Below are positions 40,912 through 52,100 of a DNA stretch of 64,000 nt, in pieces. The DNA is from an uncultured Acidimicrobiales bacterium (GTDB lineage: Bacteria; Actinomycetota; Acidimicrobiia; Acidimicrobiales; CATQHL01), in assembly GCA_958295925.1 (NCBI GenBank), contig CATQHL010000001.1:1249753-1313752 (forward strand), written 5' to 3'. Every line of letters starts with the position of its first letter. The first letter of the stretch is position 1. The notes below the pieces were generated by a model. It ran no database searches, was not told the DNA's origin, and saw only the letters and a program-made list of their open reading frames with translations. The translations under genes and the position numbers were made by a program.

Positions 40912-41520
40912 TCAGTGCGCCTGCTCGGCGCCGTCCGGCTGCCGGCGCGGCCGGCGGGCCAGTGCGACGGCCCCCACCACGGAGATCGTGAGGAGCAGGC
41001 CTGTCAGCTGAAACGCCCACACGTAGTCTCCGAAGACCCCTGCGGCAATCTGGCGGATGTTGCTGGCCTGCTCGGTGCCGTCAGGGCACTCAAGCGCAAG
41101 AGGCGACTCTGAGGCGCCGACCGGCAGACCTGTGCAGCTGTCCAATGCCGGAAAGTCACCCTGCCGCACCCCGAGACCGTCGAAACCCACCATGAACAGG
41201 AGGGCCAGTACCAGCACACCCACCCCGACCGCCAAAGCGACGGGGCGCTGCCCGCCGATGGGCTCGGTTCGCAGGCTCTCGGCCCGGTCCACCCCCAGGA
41301 GCATGATCACGAACAGGAACAGAACCACGATGGCGCCGGCGTACACCACCACCTGCACAACCCCAAGGAAGTGGGCGTCGAGGGTAAGGAACAGCACTGC
41401 CACCCCAAACAGCGAGGCCACCAGCGAAAGGGCCGAGTGGACGGGGTTGCGGAAAATAATCACGCCCAACGCGCCAGCCACGATGATGACGGCGCAGACG
41501 GAGAAGACGGCGACAGCCAT
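40912..41520 (-). CDS. nuoJ: Subunit J (operon 2); start adjusted to ATG 41520
   Basis: NPVHSALSL, QVVVYAGAIVVLFLFVIMLLG. Confidence 0.92.
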   Translation of the reverse strand: MAVAVFSVCAVIIVAGALGVIIFRNPVHSALSLVASLFGVAVLFLTLDAHFLGVVQVVVYAGAIVVLFLFVIMLLGVDRAESLRTEPIGGQRPVALAVGVGVLVLALLFMVGFDGLGVRQGDFPALDSCTGLPVGASESPLALECPDGTEQASNIRQIAAGVFGDYVWAFQLTGLLLTISVVGAVALARRPRRQPDGAEQAH

Positions 41521-42230
41521 CAGTTCTCGTGAGACTCGGGGTCGAAGTCCTCCGGGGCGCCAAGGGCTGAAGTGGGCGTTGAGTGTGATGAGCCTGTCTC
41601 TCCCGAGGATTCCCTGACCTCCCCGGCCGCCTGCCCAGGCCCCTCGGCCGCCTGCCCCAATTCGGCTGGGCGAAGGCCGTAGCCAAGCTCGGGCGACCAG
41701 GCCGCCCGGCCCTCCCAGGCCGCCGATCCTGATGGCGAAGTGGCGCGCATCCAGGCAGATGTGTGCCGGTCGTCGCCCTCCCGCCAGTCCTCCCAGGGCA
41801 TCTGACGGGGGCGGCCATCGTCGTCCACCAGCAGTTCGTCCTTTGTGTAAATTGCGTCGCTTCGGGAAGTGAAGGAGAACTCGAAGAGCTTGGACTCGGT
41901 GATGGCCTCTGTCGGACAGGCCTCCACGCACAGGTCGCAGTGGATGCATCGCAGGTAGTTGATCTCGTACACGTAGCCGTAGCGCTCCCCCGGGGCTACG
42001 GGTGAGTCCGGGGGGTTGTCGGCACCCCGCACGTAGATGCATTTTGCCGGACAGACGCCGGCGCAGAGCTCGCAGCCGATGCATTTCTCCATGCCGTCGG
42101 GATAGCGGCCCAGCACGTGGCGTCCGTGAAAGCGCTCGGGCTTCGGACGCTTCTCCGCCGGATACTTGGTGGTGACGCGCTTCTCAAAGAGCTTGTGGAA
42201 CGTAACCCCGAATCCCCGCAGAAAGCTCAC
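41520..42230 (-). CDS. nuoI: Subunit I (operon 2)
   Basis: [24 protein letters not shown]. Confidence 0.95.
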   Translation of the reverse strand: MSFLRGFGVTFHKLFEKRVTTKYPAEKRPKPERFHGRHVLGRYPDGMEKCIGCELCAGVCPAKCIYVRGADNPPDSPVAPGERYGYVYEINYLRCIHCDLCVEACPTEAITESKLFEFSFTSRSDAIYTKDELLVDDDGRPRQMPWEDWREGDDRHTSAWMRATSPSGSAAWEGRAAWSPELGYGLRPAELGQAAEGPGQAAGEVRESSGETGSSHSTPTSALGAPEDFDPESHEN

Positions 42231-42232
42231 GA

Positions 42233-43486
42233 TTACGATCCCTTCTCAGGCTCGCCGACATTCACGGCTTCGCCTGCGTCGGCTTCAGCATCGGCCAACT
42301 CGCCGGATTCGCGGCGTCCCGACCGCACCGCCAACCTCAGCAGCACGCCTGCCGCGGCACCCGCCGCCACGCAGACCACTACCACCGCAGCCGTGTTCCA
42401 GCCCCGGTCACGGCCCACCCGCAGAGCCCCCAACAGCAGCAGCCACCCCAGCGAGAGCGGGATGAGGAACTTCCAGCCCACGTCCATTAGTTGGTCGTAG
42501 CGAAGGCGCGGCAGCGTGGCGCGGAACCAGACGAACATGAACAGAAGCGCCACGAGCTTCACGAAGAACCATACGACGCCCCATATCCAGCTGGCGCGCT
42601 CAGTAAGTACCGGGCCGTCGGGGCCGCCCAGGAAGAGCGTGACGATGATCGCCGACATGGTGATCACGTTCATGAACTCGGCCAGGAAGAAGAGGGCGAA
42701 GCGAATCGAGCTGTATTCGGTGTGGAAGCCGCCCACCAACTCCTGCTCGGCCTCCACCAAGTCGAACGGGGGACGGTTGAGCTCGGCTGTGGCGGCAATC
42801 ACGAACACAAGGGCGGGCACCAGTCCCGTCACCCAGAGGTTCCAGTTCCAGCCACCCTGGGCAGCCACGATCTCGTGGGTGGACAGGCTTCCCGCTTGAA
42901 GCAGCACGGCCGCCAGCGAGAGCCCCAGGGCCGCCTCGTAGGAGATCATCTGGGCTGAGGCGCGCACCGAGCCGAGCAGCGAGTACTTCGATCCCGATGA
43001 CCAGCCGGCGAGCATTATCCCGTAGACCGCCGCCGACGAAAGCGCCAGCACCAGCAGGATGCCCACGTGCGGGTCTGCCACCTGAAGAAAGGTGGAGTTC
43101 CCGAACCAGGTCACCGTGCCGTCGCCCGACGTGAAGTTGCCCCCCACTGGCACCACCGAAAACACCAGAAACGCCGGCACCAGGGACATGTACGGGGCCA
43201 GCCGGTAGACCAGCCGGTCGGATTTGGCCGGGCGGAGGTCTTCCTTGAAGAAGAGCTTCACGCCGTCGGCAAGCGTCTGGAGGATTCCCCAAGGCCCCGC
43301 CCGGGCAGGCCCGATGCGGTTCTGCATGTCCCCCACCAGCTTGCGCTCGAACCAGATCATCAACATCACGGCCACGAGCAGCAGCCCAAACGCACCCACG
43401 ACCTTGATAATCAGAATCAGCGCCTCGCTCAGGCCGAAGCCTCCTATGTACGCAGGGTCGAGGGCGAAGACGCTCATGTGTGTCAA
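42233..43486 (-). CDS. nuoH: Subunit H (operon 2)
   Basis: [34 protein letters not shown]. Confidence 0.95.
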   Translation of the reverse strand: MTHMSVFALDPAYIGGFGLSEALILIIKVVGAFGLLLVAVMLMIWFERKLVGDMQNRIGPARAGPWGILQTLADGVKLFFKEDLRPAKSDRLVYRLAPYMSLVPAFLVFSVVPVGGNFTSGDGTVTWFGNSTFLQVADPHVGILLVLALSSAAVYGIMLAGWSSGSKYSLLGSVRASAQMISYEAALGLSLAAVLLQAGSLSTHEIVAAQGGWNWNLWVTGLVPALVFVIAATAELNRPPFDLVEAEQELVGGFHTEYSSIRFALFFLAEFMNVITMSAIIVTLFLGGPDGPVLTERASWIWGVVWFFVKLVALLFMFVWFRATLPRLRYDQLMDVGWKFLIPLSLGWLLLLGALRVGRDRGWNTAAVVVVCVAAGAAAGVLLRLAVRSGRRESGELADAEADAGEAVNVGEPEKGS

Positions 43487-46008
43487 GTCAGGCTTGCGGC
43501 TTCAATGCGGACTTCGCAAACGGCATCTCCCGGCGACAGCAGGAGGCGCGGATCGCCACCAGCGGTGTTCTGCGCAAGGGCGGCGACTGCGGGAGGCACT
43601 CGGTCGTCGGGCTTCGCCGTGGCCACGAGCGAACCAGCAGATGAAGTGACAACCACTGCACCGTCCCCTCCCACGCCCAGCCGCTCGTAGTCTGCGACGT
43701 TCAGCCGCAGCCGCCCAGGACGGGCCTTGGCCGCCAAGGACGGACAGTTCCCCACCACCGTCCCGCCGTCGTAGACGGTGCGGTCGGCGACAAGCCGGAA
43801 GGAGTAGCCGTCGAAGGGCACCACTGCCGCTTCGGGCGGCTCAAGGTCGGCGAGCCTCAACGCTTCAGGGCGCAATGGCTCGCCATCGGCCGGCGGAGGC
43901 GCCTGGAGCAGCACGCCGTCGAGGTCGGTGCGCAAGGCTTCCCAACTCGCCCCTGAGTGCAGGGGGGAGAGCCGAGCCAACTCCTCCCAGGCGTCACGCG
44001 GGGAGGATATCCCCAGGTCGCCGCCCAGCAGGCGGGCCAACTCGGCGGCTATCTGCCAGTCCCTGCGGGCTACGCCAGGCGGGGTCACCTGGGCAGTGAC
44101 GGCGGTTGCACGCCCCTCCACGTTCACGTGCGTGCCTTCCCGCTCACCGAAGCCCGCAGCAGGCAGGACGATGTCGGCGCGCCTAACCGAGGCCGTGTTG
44201 AACAGGTCGACTGAAATCAGAGTGGAGACCGCCGAGAGCCCCTCAGAGGCCAGTCGGGAATAGGGGAAGTCGACGACCGGGTCGGCTCCCAGTAGCACCA
44301 GCGTCTTGATTTTTCCCGCTGCAGCCGCCTGAAGAACCTCCTCGGTGCCCAGCCCACGAGCCTCGGGCGCCGCTCCCCAGGCGCTGCGGTACCAGTCGGA
44401 CGCGGAGGCGAGGGTGACACGACCGGGAAGCAGGCCAGGGGCCATGCCCACGTCCAGCGCGCCGACAGTTCCTCCACGCCTCAGCAAAGGAAGAAACCGG
44501 GCCTGCGGAAACTTCCGAGCCAGCAAAATCGCCGCCCGCTCAACCGCCGCCGGGCTTTCCGCCAGCGACGTGCGTCCGAGCAGCACTGTGAGCGGGCGGC
44601 GCTTGAGCATGGAGGCGACAGCGGCCAGCGCCTTCGTCGGCACTCCGGCAACGCTTTCCCCTCGCTGCGGTGAAAGCATGGCCTCTGTGAGGAGGGCCGT
44701 GTCACCAGGCCTGGCGCGCAGCGAGACGGAGGCCAGCGACGAGAGGCTGGTTTCAAGGGGGGTCAGCTCAACGAGGGCGACGTCGTCGTTCAGAAGGGCA
44801 TGCCGAAGCCGCAAATAGAGCGTGCCGAACTCCTCCCGGAGGTCGCCTGAGATCAGCAGCACCGCCCCGCCGGGATGGCAGGCGTCCGCAACAGAGGCGC
44901 GCGGCAGGGCGCAAAGGAGGTCCGCCCATAACCCGTCGCCCATGCGGGCGTCCACATTGTCGGTGCCGACAATTCCCTTGACGAGCTTCACCCAGGCGTA
45001 CTGGTCTTCGGCGCAAAGCCCTGCTCCCCCCAAGATCGCCACAGAGGAGGCCCCGTGAGCGTCGACGGCCTCACGAATAGCGGCAGCCGCCAGGGAAAGG
45101 GCCGAAGACCACGACACGGCCTGCATCTCGCCCGAGGACTCGTCTCGCAGCATCGGCTCCCGCAGCCGATTGGGGCTGTGGACGGCTTCAAAGCTGAAGC
45201 GGTCCCTGTCCGACAGCCAACCATGGTTCACCGCCTCCGAGTCGACCCCCTGCAGGCGGAGAATCTGATTGCGCGAGGCGTGAACGGAGACACGATCGCC
45301 CATTGCGTTGGGATACGTGGAGATGGTCTCCGAGATGTCCCAGGGACGCGCCTTGAAGCGGTAGGGACGGGCGGTGAGGGCGCCGACAGGGCATATCTGC
45401 ACCGTGTTGCCGCTGAAGTAAGAGTCAAACGGGGCCTCGGGGAACGTGTTTACCTGGGTGTGGCTGCCACGATCCTGAAAGCCGATGAGAGGCTCTCCTG
45501 CCACTTCGTCTGCGAACCTTGTGCAGCGGTCGCAGAGTATGCAGCGCTCCCGGTCAAGGAGAATCAGGTCGCTGATGGGGATGGGCTTGGCGAAGTGCCT
45601 CTTCTCCTCTGTAAACCTGCTCTCGCCCGGCCCATAGGCCATCGTCTGGTCCTGCAGCGGGCACTCCCCGCCCTTGTCGCAGACAGGGCAGTCGAGGGGG
45701 TGATTCAGCAGCAGGAACTCCAGCACCCCGTCTTGCGCCCGGGCGGCGGCGTCCGATGCGGTCTCCACCACCATCCCCTCGCTCACCGGGAGCATGCACG
45801 ACGGCTGCAGGGCCGGGCCGCGCCCGGTGTCGACCTCGACGAGGCACATCCTGCACATGCCCACTGAACGCATCCGGGGGTGATAACAGAAGTGGGGAAT
45901 GTAGACGCCAGCCTGCTCACAGGCTGCTATGAGAAGCTGCCCAGGCGCAGCCGTAATCGCCCGACCGTCCACCGTGAGCCGCACGGCGGGGGATTCAACG
46001 ACGGTCAT
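43483..46008 (-). CDS. nuoG: Subunit G
   Basis: FCYHP...CRMCLVE, HPLDCPVCDKGGECPLQD, CILCDRCTRF. Confidence 0.95.
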   Translation of the reverse strand: MTVVESPAVRLTVDGRAITAAPGQLLIAACEQAGVYIPHFCYHPRMRSVGMCRMCLVEVDTGRGPALQPSCMLPVSEGMVVETASDAAARAQDGVLEFLLLNHPLDCPVCDKGGECPLQDQTMAYGPGESRFTEEKRHFAKPIPISDLILLDRERCILCDRCTRFADEVAGEPLIGFQDRGSHTQVNTFPEAPFDSYFSGNTVQICPVGALTARPYRFKARPWDISETISTYPNAMGDRVSVHASRNQILRLQGVDSEAVNHGWLSDRDRFSFEAVHSPNRLREPMLRDESSGEMQAVSWSSALSLAAAAIREAVDAHGASSVAILGGAGLCAEDQYAWVKLVKGIVGTDNVDARMGDGLWADLLCALPRASVADACHPGGAVLLISGDLREEFGTLYLRLRHALLNDDVALVELTPLETSLSSLASVSLRARPGDTALLTEAMLSPQRGESVAGVPTKALAAVASMLKRRPLTVLLGRTSLAESPAAVERAAILLARKFPQARFLPLLRRGGTVGALDVGMAPGLLPGRVTLASASDWYRSAWGAAPEARGLGTEEVLQAAAAGKIKTLVLLGADPVVDFPYSRLASEGLSAVSTLISVDLFNTASVRRADIVLPAAGFGEREGTHVNVEGRATAVTAQVTPPGVARRDWQIAAELARLLGGDLGISSPRDAWEELARLSPLHSGASWEALRTDLDGVLLQAPPPADGEPLRPEALRLADLEPPEAAVVPFDGYSFRLVADRTVYDGGTVVGNCPSLAAKARPGRLRLNVADYERLGVGGDGAVVVTSSAGSLVATAKPDDRVPPAVAALAQNTAGGDPRLLLSPGDAVCEVRIEAASLT

Positions 46009-47360
46009 CGCAGAGCCGCCGCCTTCACAGCAAGGGTTTTTCGGACAGGAATGCGGGCCTCGAACTCGCTACGGAATCGTTCGAGCGCAGACGAGATAGG
46101 GGAGACCGCCGAGGGTCCCAGCGGACAGATGGTGGTCATGCGCGGAGGCCAGCGCAGGCCCGGGCTGATGTTCTCGCATATGTCCGCCAGCATGTCGAGG
46201 TCGCTGCGGCTGCCTCTTCCGGCAAGGATGCGCTCGAGCACCTGCTCCAGCCAAGTGGTGCCCTCGCGGCAAGGCGTGCACTTCCCGCAGGATTCGCGGG
46301 CAAAGAAGCGCACCAGGTTGTGGCACGCCCGGGGGATGTCGGTGGTCTCGTCCATCACCACGATCGCCCCGGAGCCCAGCATCGACCCCGCTGCGTCCAC
46401 TTTCGCCTTGTCCAGTGGCAGGTCGAGGTGCTCGGGGAAGAACCACGGAGCCGAGGCGCCGCCGGGGATGAACGCCTTGAGCGGCGCCTCTCCCATCATC
46501 CCTCCGGCGTACCGGTCGTCGTAGATGATCTCCCGAAACGTCGTCACCCCGAACGGAACCTCAAACACCCCTGGGTTGCGGACGTGGCCCGACACGGCGA
46601 AGACCCTGGTGCCGGCAGAGGGGGGCGCCCCCCGGGCCGCAAAAGCCTCGGCGCCGTGTGTGACGATAAAGGGCAGATTGGAGAGGGTCTCCACATTGTT
46701 CACGATGGTGGGAAGCCCGTAGAGGCCAATGGCTGCCGGAAAGTAGGGGGGCTTGAGGCGGGGCATCCCCCTCTTCCCCTCAAGGCTCTCGATGAGGGCC
46801 GTCTCCTCGCCCACGATGTACGCGCCCGCACCCGGGTGCAGCACGATGTCGAGGCAGAAGTCGCTGCCGCAGATATCCCTTCCCACAAAGCCCGCTGCGT
46901 AGGCCTCGTTGAGGGCTGTGGCCAGGCGCTCCTGGGCCAGCGCCATCTCCCCGCGCACGTACAGGAAGCACTGCGAGGCGCCGACCGCGTAGGCGGCGAT
47001 AAGGCAGCCTTCGAGGAGCTGGTGCGGGTCGGTCTCCATCAGCAGGCGGTCCTTGTAGGTGCCAGGCTCGCTCTCGTCACCGTTCACCACCAGATAGCGC
47101 GGCCAGACGCCCGGAGGGCAGAAGCCCCACTTGACACCCGCCGGGAAGCCCGCCCCGCCGCGGCCGAGCAGGCTGGCCGCCTTGACCTCGGCAATCACGT
47201 CGGCGGGCGAGCGCCCCAGCGCCAAGCGGATGGCCTCGTATCCGCCACTGCGCAGATACCCCTCCAAGGTGTGCCCGTCGGGCGAGTGGCGGCGGGAGGT
47301 GACTATTAAGTCCTCCAGGCCCTCGGCCGGGGTGGGCTTCCTGCGTTCAAAGCGGGCCAT
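46005..47360 (-). CDS. nuoF: Subunit F
   Basis: GRGGAGFP, NGDESEPGTYKDR, ESCGKCTPCREG. Confidence 0.96.
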   Translation of the reverse strand: MARFERRKPTPAEGLEDLIVTSRRHSPDGHTLEGYLRSGGYEAIRLALGRSPADVIAEVKAASLLGRGGAGFPAGVKWGFCPPGVWPRYLVVNGDESEPGTYKDRLLMETDPHQLLEGCLIAAYAVGASQCFLYVRGEMALAQERLATALNEAYAAGFVGRDICGSDFCLDIVLHPGAGAYIVGEETALIESLEGKRGMPRLKPPYFPAAIGLYGLPTIVNNVETLSNLPFIVTHGAEAFAARGAPPSAGTRVFAVSGHVRNPGVFEVPFGVTTFREIIYDDRYAGGMMGEAPLKAFIPGGASAPWFFPEHLDLPLDKAKVDAAGSMLGSGAIVVMDETTDIPRACHNLVRFFARESCGKCTPCREGTTWLEQVLERILAGRGSRSDLDMLADICENISPGLRWPPRMTTICPLGPSAVSPISSALERFRSEFEARIPVRKTLAVKAAALR

Positions 47361-47989
47361 CAGCCCGCTTCTTTTCCAGTTTCACGCTCCTGCCGGCGCT
47401 CCCACCAGGCGGGCGGGCCGGAGTCCTCGGGCATGGAAGGCCCGGCCAAGCGATCGGGTGACGGGGACTGCAGCACGGTCGAGAGCACCCCGTGGGGAGG
47501 CAACTCAGCGAGACGCCCGGCCTCCAGGCCGTCTATAAGCTCGTCGAGTTCGGATGCGCCGAGCGGCCCGAAGTAGCGATAGTTCACCTGAGCGCACGGC
47601 GCCTCGGTGCACGCAGCGACGCACTCCACGGCCTCCAGCGAAACAGGACAGTGGGGCGCTGTACCCCCCAGGGGGATGCCCAGCCGCTCCGTCGCCCTTT
47701 CTATGAGATCGTCGGCGCCTCGCAGGAAGCAGCTGATGCCCCGGCAGATGTTCAGCTGATAGGCGCCTGGGCGGGAACGCTTGAACATCTCGTAGAAGGA
47801 GCAGGTGCTCAGCACCTCCGAGGGGGTGGTCCCTACCAACTCGGCCACGTGCCTCATTGCGTCTGAGCTCACGTAGCCATCCTGCGCCTGGGCAATGTGA
47901 AGGACGGGAATGAGCGCCGAGCGTGGCCTTGGGTAGCGCCCGATGATCTCAAGGGCCAGTCTCACGTTCGCCTCGCTGAGCCTCGCCAT
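47360..47989 (-). CDS. nuoE: Subunit E
   Basis: RSALIPVLH, SFYEMF, CRGISC...ECVAAC. Confidence 0.93.
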   Translation of the reverse strand: MARLSEANVRLALEIIGRYPRPRSALIPVLHIAQAQDGYVSSDAMRHVAELVGTTPSEVLSTCSFYEMFKRSRPGAYQLNICRGISCFLRGADDLIERATERLGIPLGGTAPHCPVSLEAVECVAACTEAPCAQVNYRYFGPLGASELDELIDGLEAGRLAELPPHGVLSTVLQSPSPDRLAGPSMPEDSGPPAWWERRQERETGKEAG

Positions 47990-49239
47990 CAGCGGTCCAC
48001 CTCCCCCATGATCGGATCAACCGAGGAAATTATGGCCACTGCGTCGGCGATGAGGCGCCCCTCCATCATGTAGGGCAGCGTCTGCAGGTTCCAGAAACTG
48101 GGCGCCCTTATGTGCATGCGCAGCGGCTTGGGGCCGCCATCGCTAACCAGGTAGCAGCCCAGTTCCCCGCGCGGCGACTCCACGGCGGCGTAGACCTCAC
48201 CCGGGGGGACCTTGAAGCCCTCCGTGAAGATCTTGAAATGGTGGATCAGAGCCTCCATCGACTCGTCGATGCGGCCCCTCGGCGGCGGGGTGACCTTCTT
48301 GTCCTGCACCCGGTAGTCGCCAGAGGGCATGCGGTCGAGTATCTGCCGCACCAGCGAAATGGACTCCCTTATCTCGTTAAGGCGGATGGCGTAACGATCG
48401 AAGCAGTCGCCGTACCTGCCACAGATCACGTTGAGCTCCAGCTGGTCGTAGTCGAGATACGGGACGTGGCGGCGCAAGTCCCAGGAATAGCCGGTGCTGC
48501 GCAGAATTGGACCGGTCACCCCCAGCGCCAAGCACTCCTCGGCGGTAATGACCCCCACCCCCTCAAGGCGCTCCCGCCAGATGGGCTGCCCTGTGAGCAG
48601 GTCGTCGTACTCCTCAATGCGGTGGGAGATCGTCTCCATGAGCACCAGGGTGTCGTCGCGCCATCCGTCGGGCAGATCGGCGGCAACCCCGCCTGGGCGG
48701 ATGTAGTTGTGGTTCATCCGCAGGCCGGTGATCTTCTCGAGCAGGCGCAGCGTCTCCTCCCTCTCCCTCCAGCCGTAGAGCATCATCGAGACCGCCCCTA
48801 TGTCCATGCCGTTGGTGGCCTGGAAAAGCAGGTGCGAACTGATGCGGTTGATCTCACAGACCAGCATTCGAATCCAGCGCGCCCTGGCGGGCAACTCCAG
48901 GGAGAGCAGCGACTCTGTCGCCAGCGAGAAGGCCAGCTCGGTGAAGAGCGGGGCGGCGTAGTCCATGCGGGTCACGTTGGTGGGGCCTTGAAGGTAGGTG
49001 AGCGTCTCCCCCGTCTTTTCCATACCGGTGTGCAAGTAGCCGATGATGGGCTTGCAGCGCACGACTGTCTCCCCGTCGAGCTCCAGCAGGAGGCGCAGAA
49101 CCCCGTGCGTGGACGGGTGCTGCGGCCCCATGTTGATGATCATCCTGTTGGGGCCGGAAGGTTCAAGAGACTGCGCAGCGCCCTCGCTTACCCGGAACAC
49201 GGGGCCTGCGGCGCGTACGTAGGGGCGCGTCAGTGTCAT
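47989..49239 (-). CDS. nuoD: Subunit D (operon 2)
   Basis: NMGPQHPSTHGVLR, GYLHTGMEK, GEVDR. Confidence 0.95.
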   Translation of the reverse strand: MTLTRPYVRAAGPVFRVSEGAAQSLEPSGPNRMIINMGPQHPSTHGVLRLLLELDGETVVRCKPIIGYLHTGMEKTGETLTYLQGPTNVTRMDYAAPLFTELAFSLATESLLSLELPARARWIRMLVCEINRISSHLLFQATNGMDIGAVSMMLYGWREREETLRLLEKITGLRMNHNYIRPGGVAADLPDGWRDDTLVLMETISHRIEEYDDLLTGQPIWRERLEGVGVITAEECLALGVTGPILRSTGYSWDLRRHVPYLDYDQLELNVICGRYGDCFDRYAIRLNEIRESISLVRQILDRMPSGDYRVQDKKVTPPPRGRIDESMEALIHHFKIFTEGFKVPPGEVYAAVESPRGELGCYLVSDGGPKPLRMHIRAPSFWNLQTLPYMMEGRLIADAVAIISSVDPIMGEVDR

Positions 49240-49757
49240 CGCACGTCAGGGACGGCCTTGAAACGCACCGGCACCGTGCCAACGCCGTAGTCCTTTCGCA
49301 GGGGGTGGCCTTCCCATTCCTCGGGCATGAGGATGCGAGTCGGGTCGGGATGGCCGTCGAAGCTGATCCCGAAAAGGTCGTAGACCTCACGCTCGGCGGC
49401 CTCCGTGCCTGGAAAGAGGTCAAACAGCGACGGCAAGGTCGCATCGCCGTCGGGAACCTGCACCCTCAGCCGTAGTCGGCGCCGGTTTGAGTGCGACAGG
49501 AATACGTAGGTCACCTCGAAACGCTCCGGTTTCACCCCAGGGGGAATCTCTGGGCGGGTGGCGGCGGCCAGATAGTCCACCCCGCAGACGTCCAGGCACA
49601 TTAGATAGCCATCTGAGACGAGGCCTTTGGCCACCCCGGTCAGCTCGGACGGGCGCAGGTGCAAGACCAGCGCGCGGGCTGCGTCCAAAACGGCGGGCAC
49701 GCCATAGGCGGTTGCTTCGCCAGCCTGGCCTGAGGAGTCCTCCAACTCTGCGATCAT
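49236..49757 (-). CDS. nuoC: Subunit C (operon 2); start adjusted to ATG 49757
   Basis: [36 protein letters not shown]. Confidence 0.93.
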   Translation of the reverse strand: MIAELEDSSGQAGEATAYGVPAVLDAARALVLHLRPSELTGVAKGLVSDGYLMCLDVCGVDYLAAATRPEIPPGVKPERFEVTYVFLSHSNRRRLRLRVQVPDGDATLPSLFDLFPGTEAAEREVYDLFGISFDGHPDPTRILMPEEWEGHPLRKDYGVGTVPVRFKAVPDVR

Positions 49758-50347
49758 GCGCCCCTGCGGGCGGAAATCACCATTCGGGTGGCGGTCTGCC
49801 CGTCCCTTTGCTCCACCGCTATGCCCGCCCCAGGGCCTTTCCCCCTTCTTCTGGTGATCTCGCCGGAGCGGATCAGGTCGTGCAGGCTCAAGATGGCGTG
49901 AAGCAGGGTTTCCGGCCCTGGTGGGCAGCCAGGGGCGTAGACGTCCACCGGGACTATCTGATCCACACCCTGGACGATGGCGTAATTGTTGAACATCCCG
50001 CCTGAGGAGGCGCAGACGCCCATGGAGATGACCCACTTCGGGGCCATCATCTGGTCGTAGATGTGACGCAGCACCGGGGCCATCTTCTGGGAGACACGCC
50101 CTGCCACGATCATGAGGTCGGCCTGTCGGGGTGACGCCCTGAACACCTCCATCCCGTATCGGGCGATGTCGTAGTGGGAACCTCCAGTAGCCATCATCTC
50201 GATGGCGCAACAAGCCAGCCCGAACGTCGCCGGCCAGCAGCTTTGGGCGCGAGACCACTTCACCAGTTCCTCCAGCCTCCCGGTGGCAAAGTTGTGGGGA
50301 AGCTCACCAAGACCTCCCCAGGCCCGGCCCAGCTCGGGGGCACTCAT
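49754..50347 (-). CDS. nuoB: Subunit B (operon 2)
   Basis: [24 protein letters not shown]. Confidence 0.96.
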   Translation of the reverse strand: MSAPELGRAWGGLGELPHNFATGRLEELVKWSRAQSCWPATFGLACCAIEMMATGGSHYDIARYGMEVFRASPRQADLMIVAGRVSQKMAPVLRHIYDQMMAPKWVISMGVCASSGGMFNNYAIVQGVDQIVPVDVYAPGCPPGPETLLHAILSLHDLIRSGEITRRRGKGPGAGIAVEQRDGQTATRMVISARRGA

Positions 50348-50868
50348 GGTCGCCCTGCAGATGTGGAGGATTCCTGGGTGGCAGCGCTGGAGGGCGCTCC
50401 GCTCAAGTTTTCAGCCGCCTCAGCGATCATCCCTGGCTCGCCGCGCTCAGGCCCGAGCCGCACGACGGCTGACGTCGCTCTGCGCTGCGCGCCGCCAGGC
50501 TGCTCGTCTCCCCTCGGACCCCATTCCAGCGCCCCTTTTCCTATGAGATAGACGAAGGACTCGAACACGGCGAAAGAGAAGATCAGGATCGCAACCAGCC
50601 CGAACAGCCCGAGCGAGCCGTGGGCCACCGCCCAGGGATAGAGAAATACGATCTCCACGTCAAAGACGATGAAGAGCATCGCCACAAGGAAAAAGCGCAC
50701 CGGAAAGCGCTCAGGGGCGGAACGACCTGGGACTATTCCGCATTCGTAGGGGAGGTTCTTGGCACGAGTGGCGCGGCGGGGCGCCAACAGCCGCGAGGCG
50801 GCCAGGCTGAGCGCGCAGAAGACAACCGCCAACACCCCGAGGGCAAATACCGGCAGATACTGACCCAT
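50344..50868 (-). CDS. nuoA: Subunit A (operon 2) with C-terminal extension
   Basis: [20 protein letters not shown]. Confidence 0.94.
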   Translation of the reverse strand: MGQYLPVFALGVLAVVFCALSLAASRLLAPRRATRAKNLPYECGIVPGRSAPERFPVRFFLVAMLFIVFDVEIVFLYPWAVAHGSLGLFGLVAILIFSFAVFESFVYLIGKGALEWGPRGDEQPGGAQRRATSAVVRLGPERGEPGMIAEAAENLSGAPSSAATQESSTSAGRP

Positions 50869-50888
50869 GCGCCGGCTAGCTGCCGTTC

Positions 50889-52100
50889 CTACGCCGGGAC
50901 TGCTTCGTAAGCCTCCCTCTCCCGACGGACTCTTAGGTCGCGCCAGTGGAGGCTGAGGATCAGCGCCGTGAAGATGATCGCCGATCCGATGGCAACCAGG
51001 GCGGGCACAAGCCGCAGGTTGCCGAGGTTGCGAATCATGACGATGGAGACGGTCTCCGCCTCGTAGTCGAGCTCGGCCGATGGCGGGGCCTCACCCAGAA
51101 GCTGAGCCTTGGGGATCGCCGGTCGGGCCTGAACCACCGCGTACTGGGCGGGATGATTGAGGCGGGCGGAGTTGGCGATCTTGTTGCCCACCCTCGCCCA
51201 GGTTCCGTCGTTGGCGGGTAGCGGCTTGCCGCCGCGCCCGAATGCGTCCACGAACACGTAGGCAGGGGTGGCCGACGGGGCCTCACCGTCGGGGGTGATC
51301 ACCGTGGTCGGCACCTCGGCGAAGACCCCCCGCTCTTCGATGAACGCTCCCGCCGACGCCGTGGCCTCACCTGACTCCGCAGTGGAGAGCAGATCCCATC
51401 CCCCCAGTTCCAGGTATCCCTCGTCTTCGGCCCACTCGATAACCTGCGGGGCCGCTGCAGCGAGGGCGCTCAGCGACATCTTGTCTATCCGGGCCTCACG
51501 CCGCGCCACCTCCGAAGCAACGGCCTCTGAAAGCTGGTCCTCGTTGCGCCGGCGCGGATCGTCCATACCCAGGAGTTTGTTTCGCTCGCTCAGCGTGGTG
51601 CGGATTTCGCCTGCGTCCACCGAAGCCATCTCTTCCAGCAGAGCCACACGGTCGGACCCCGGGTATTCCATCAGCAGGGAGACGGCTCGAGGCATGCAAC
51701 CCGCTGCGGGCTCCTCGAACTCCCAGCCCGTCTTGGCCGGGGGGAAGATGACGCTGTTGTCGCAGTTTGGATCAGGAAGGTCTCCCACGAACTCGACGTA
51801 TGCCTCCTCTATACCCGCAGCCTCGGCCCCAGCCTGGTCGGCGAAGGCGGCCTCGTACTCCCAGACGGGGGAGTCGCCCGTGTAGCCGATGCCCTGCAGC
51901 CACCAGACAAACGCCATGATCGTGAACCAGCCGAAGAGGCCTGCCAGGGCGATGAGGGATCCCAGTCGTATCCCCGTGTTGGTGATCAGGAGCAGCCAGA
52001 CCGTCCCGACCAGGAGCGCTCCGGCCAGCGCCACCGTGAGGAATCCGCGTATCTCCGGATCCCACCCGATTCCGGCAAGAAGCCCCACTCCCCCCATCAC
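50889..52100 (-). CDS. Membrane protein of unknown function with a large acidic extracytoplasmic domain
   Basis: Two N-terminal and one C-terminal hydrophobic helices; overlaps the cytochrome c stop and ends 20 bp before nuoA. Confidence 0.7.
   Translation of the reverse strand: MMGGVGLLAGIGWDPEIRGFLTVALAGALLVGTVWLLLITNTGIRLGSLIALAGLFGWFTIMAFVWWLQGIGYTGDSPVWEYEAAFADQAGAEAAGIEEAYVEFVGDLPDPNCDNSVIFPPAKTGWEFEEPAAGCMPRAVSLLMEYPGSDRVALLEEMASVDAGEIRTTLSERNKLLGMDDPRRRNEDQLSEAVASEVARREARIDKMSLSALAAAAPQVIEWAEDEGYLELGGWDLLSTAESGEATASAGAFIEERGVFAEVPTTVITPDGEAPSATPAYVFVDAFGRGGKPLPANDGTWARVGNKIANSARLNHPAQYAVVQARPAIPKAQLLGEAPPSAELDYEAETVSIVMIRNLGNLRLVPALVAIGSAIIFTALILSLHWRDLRVRREREAYEAVPA

Noticed and set aside
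9638..50868. Recent duplication or misassembly of the nuo operon
   Set aside because: The paralogues are strongly diverged in protein sequence and differ in gene content
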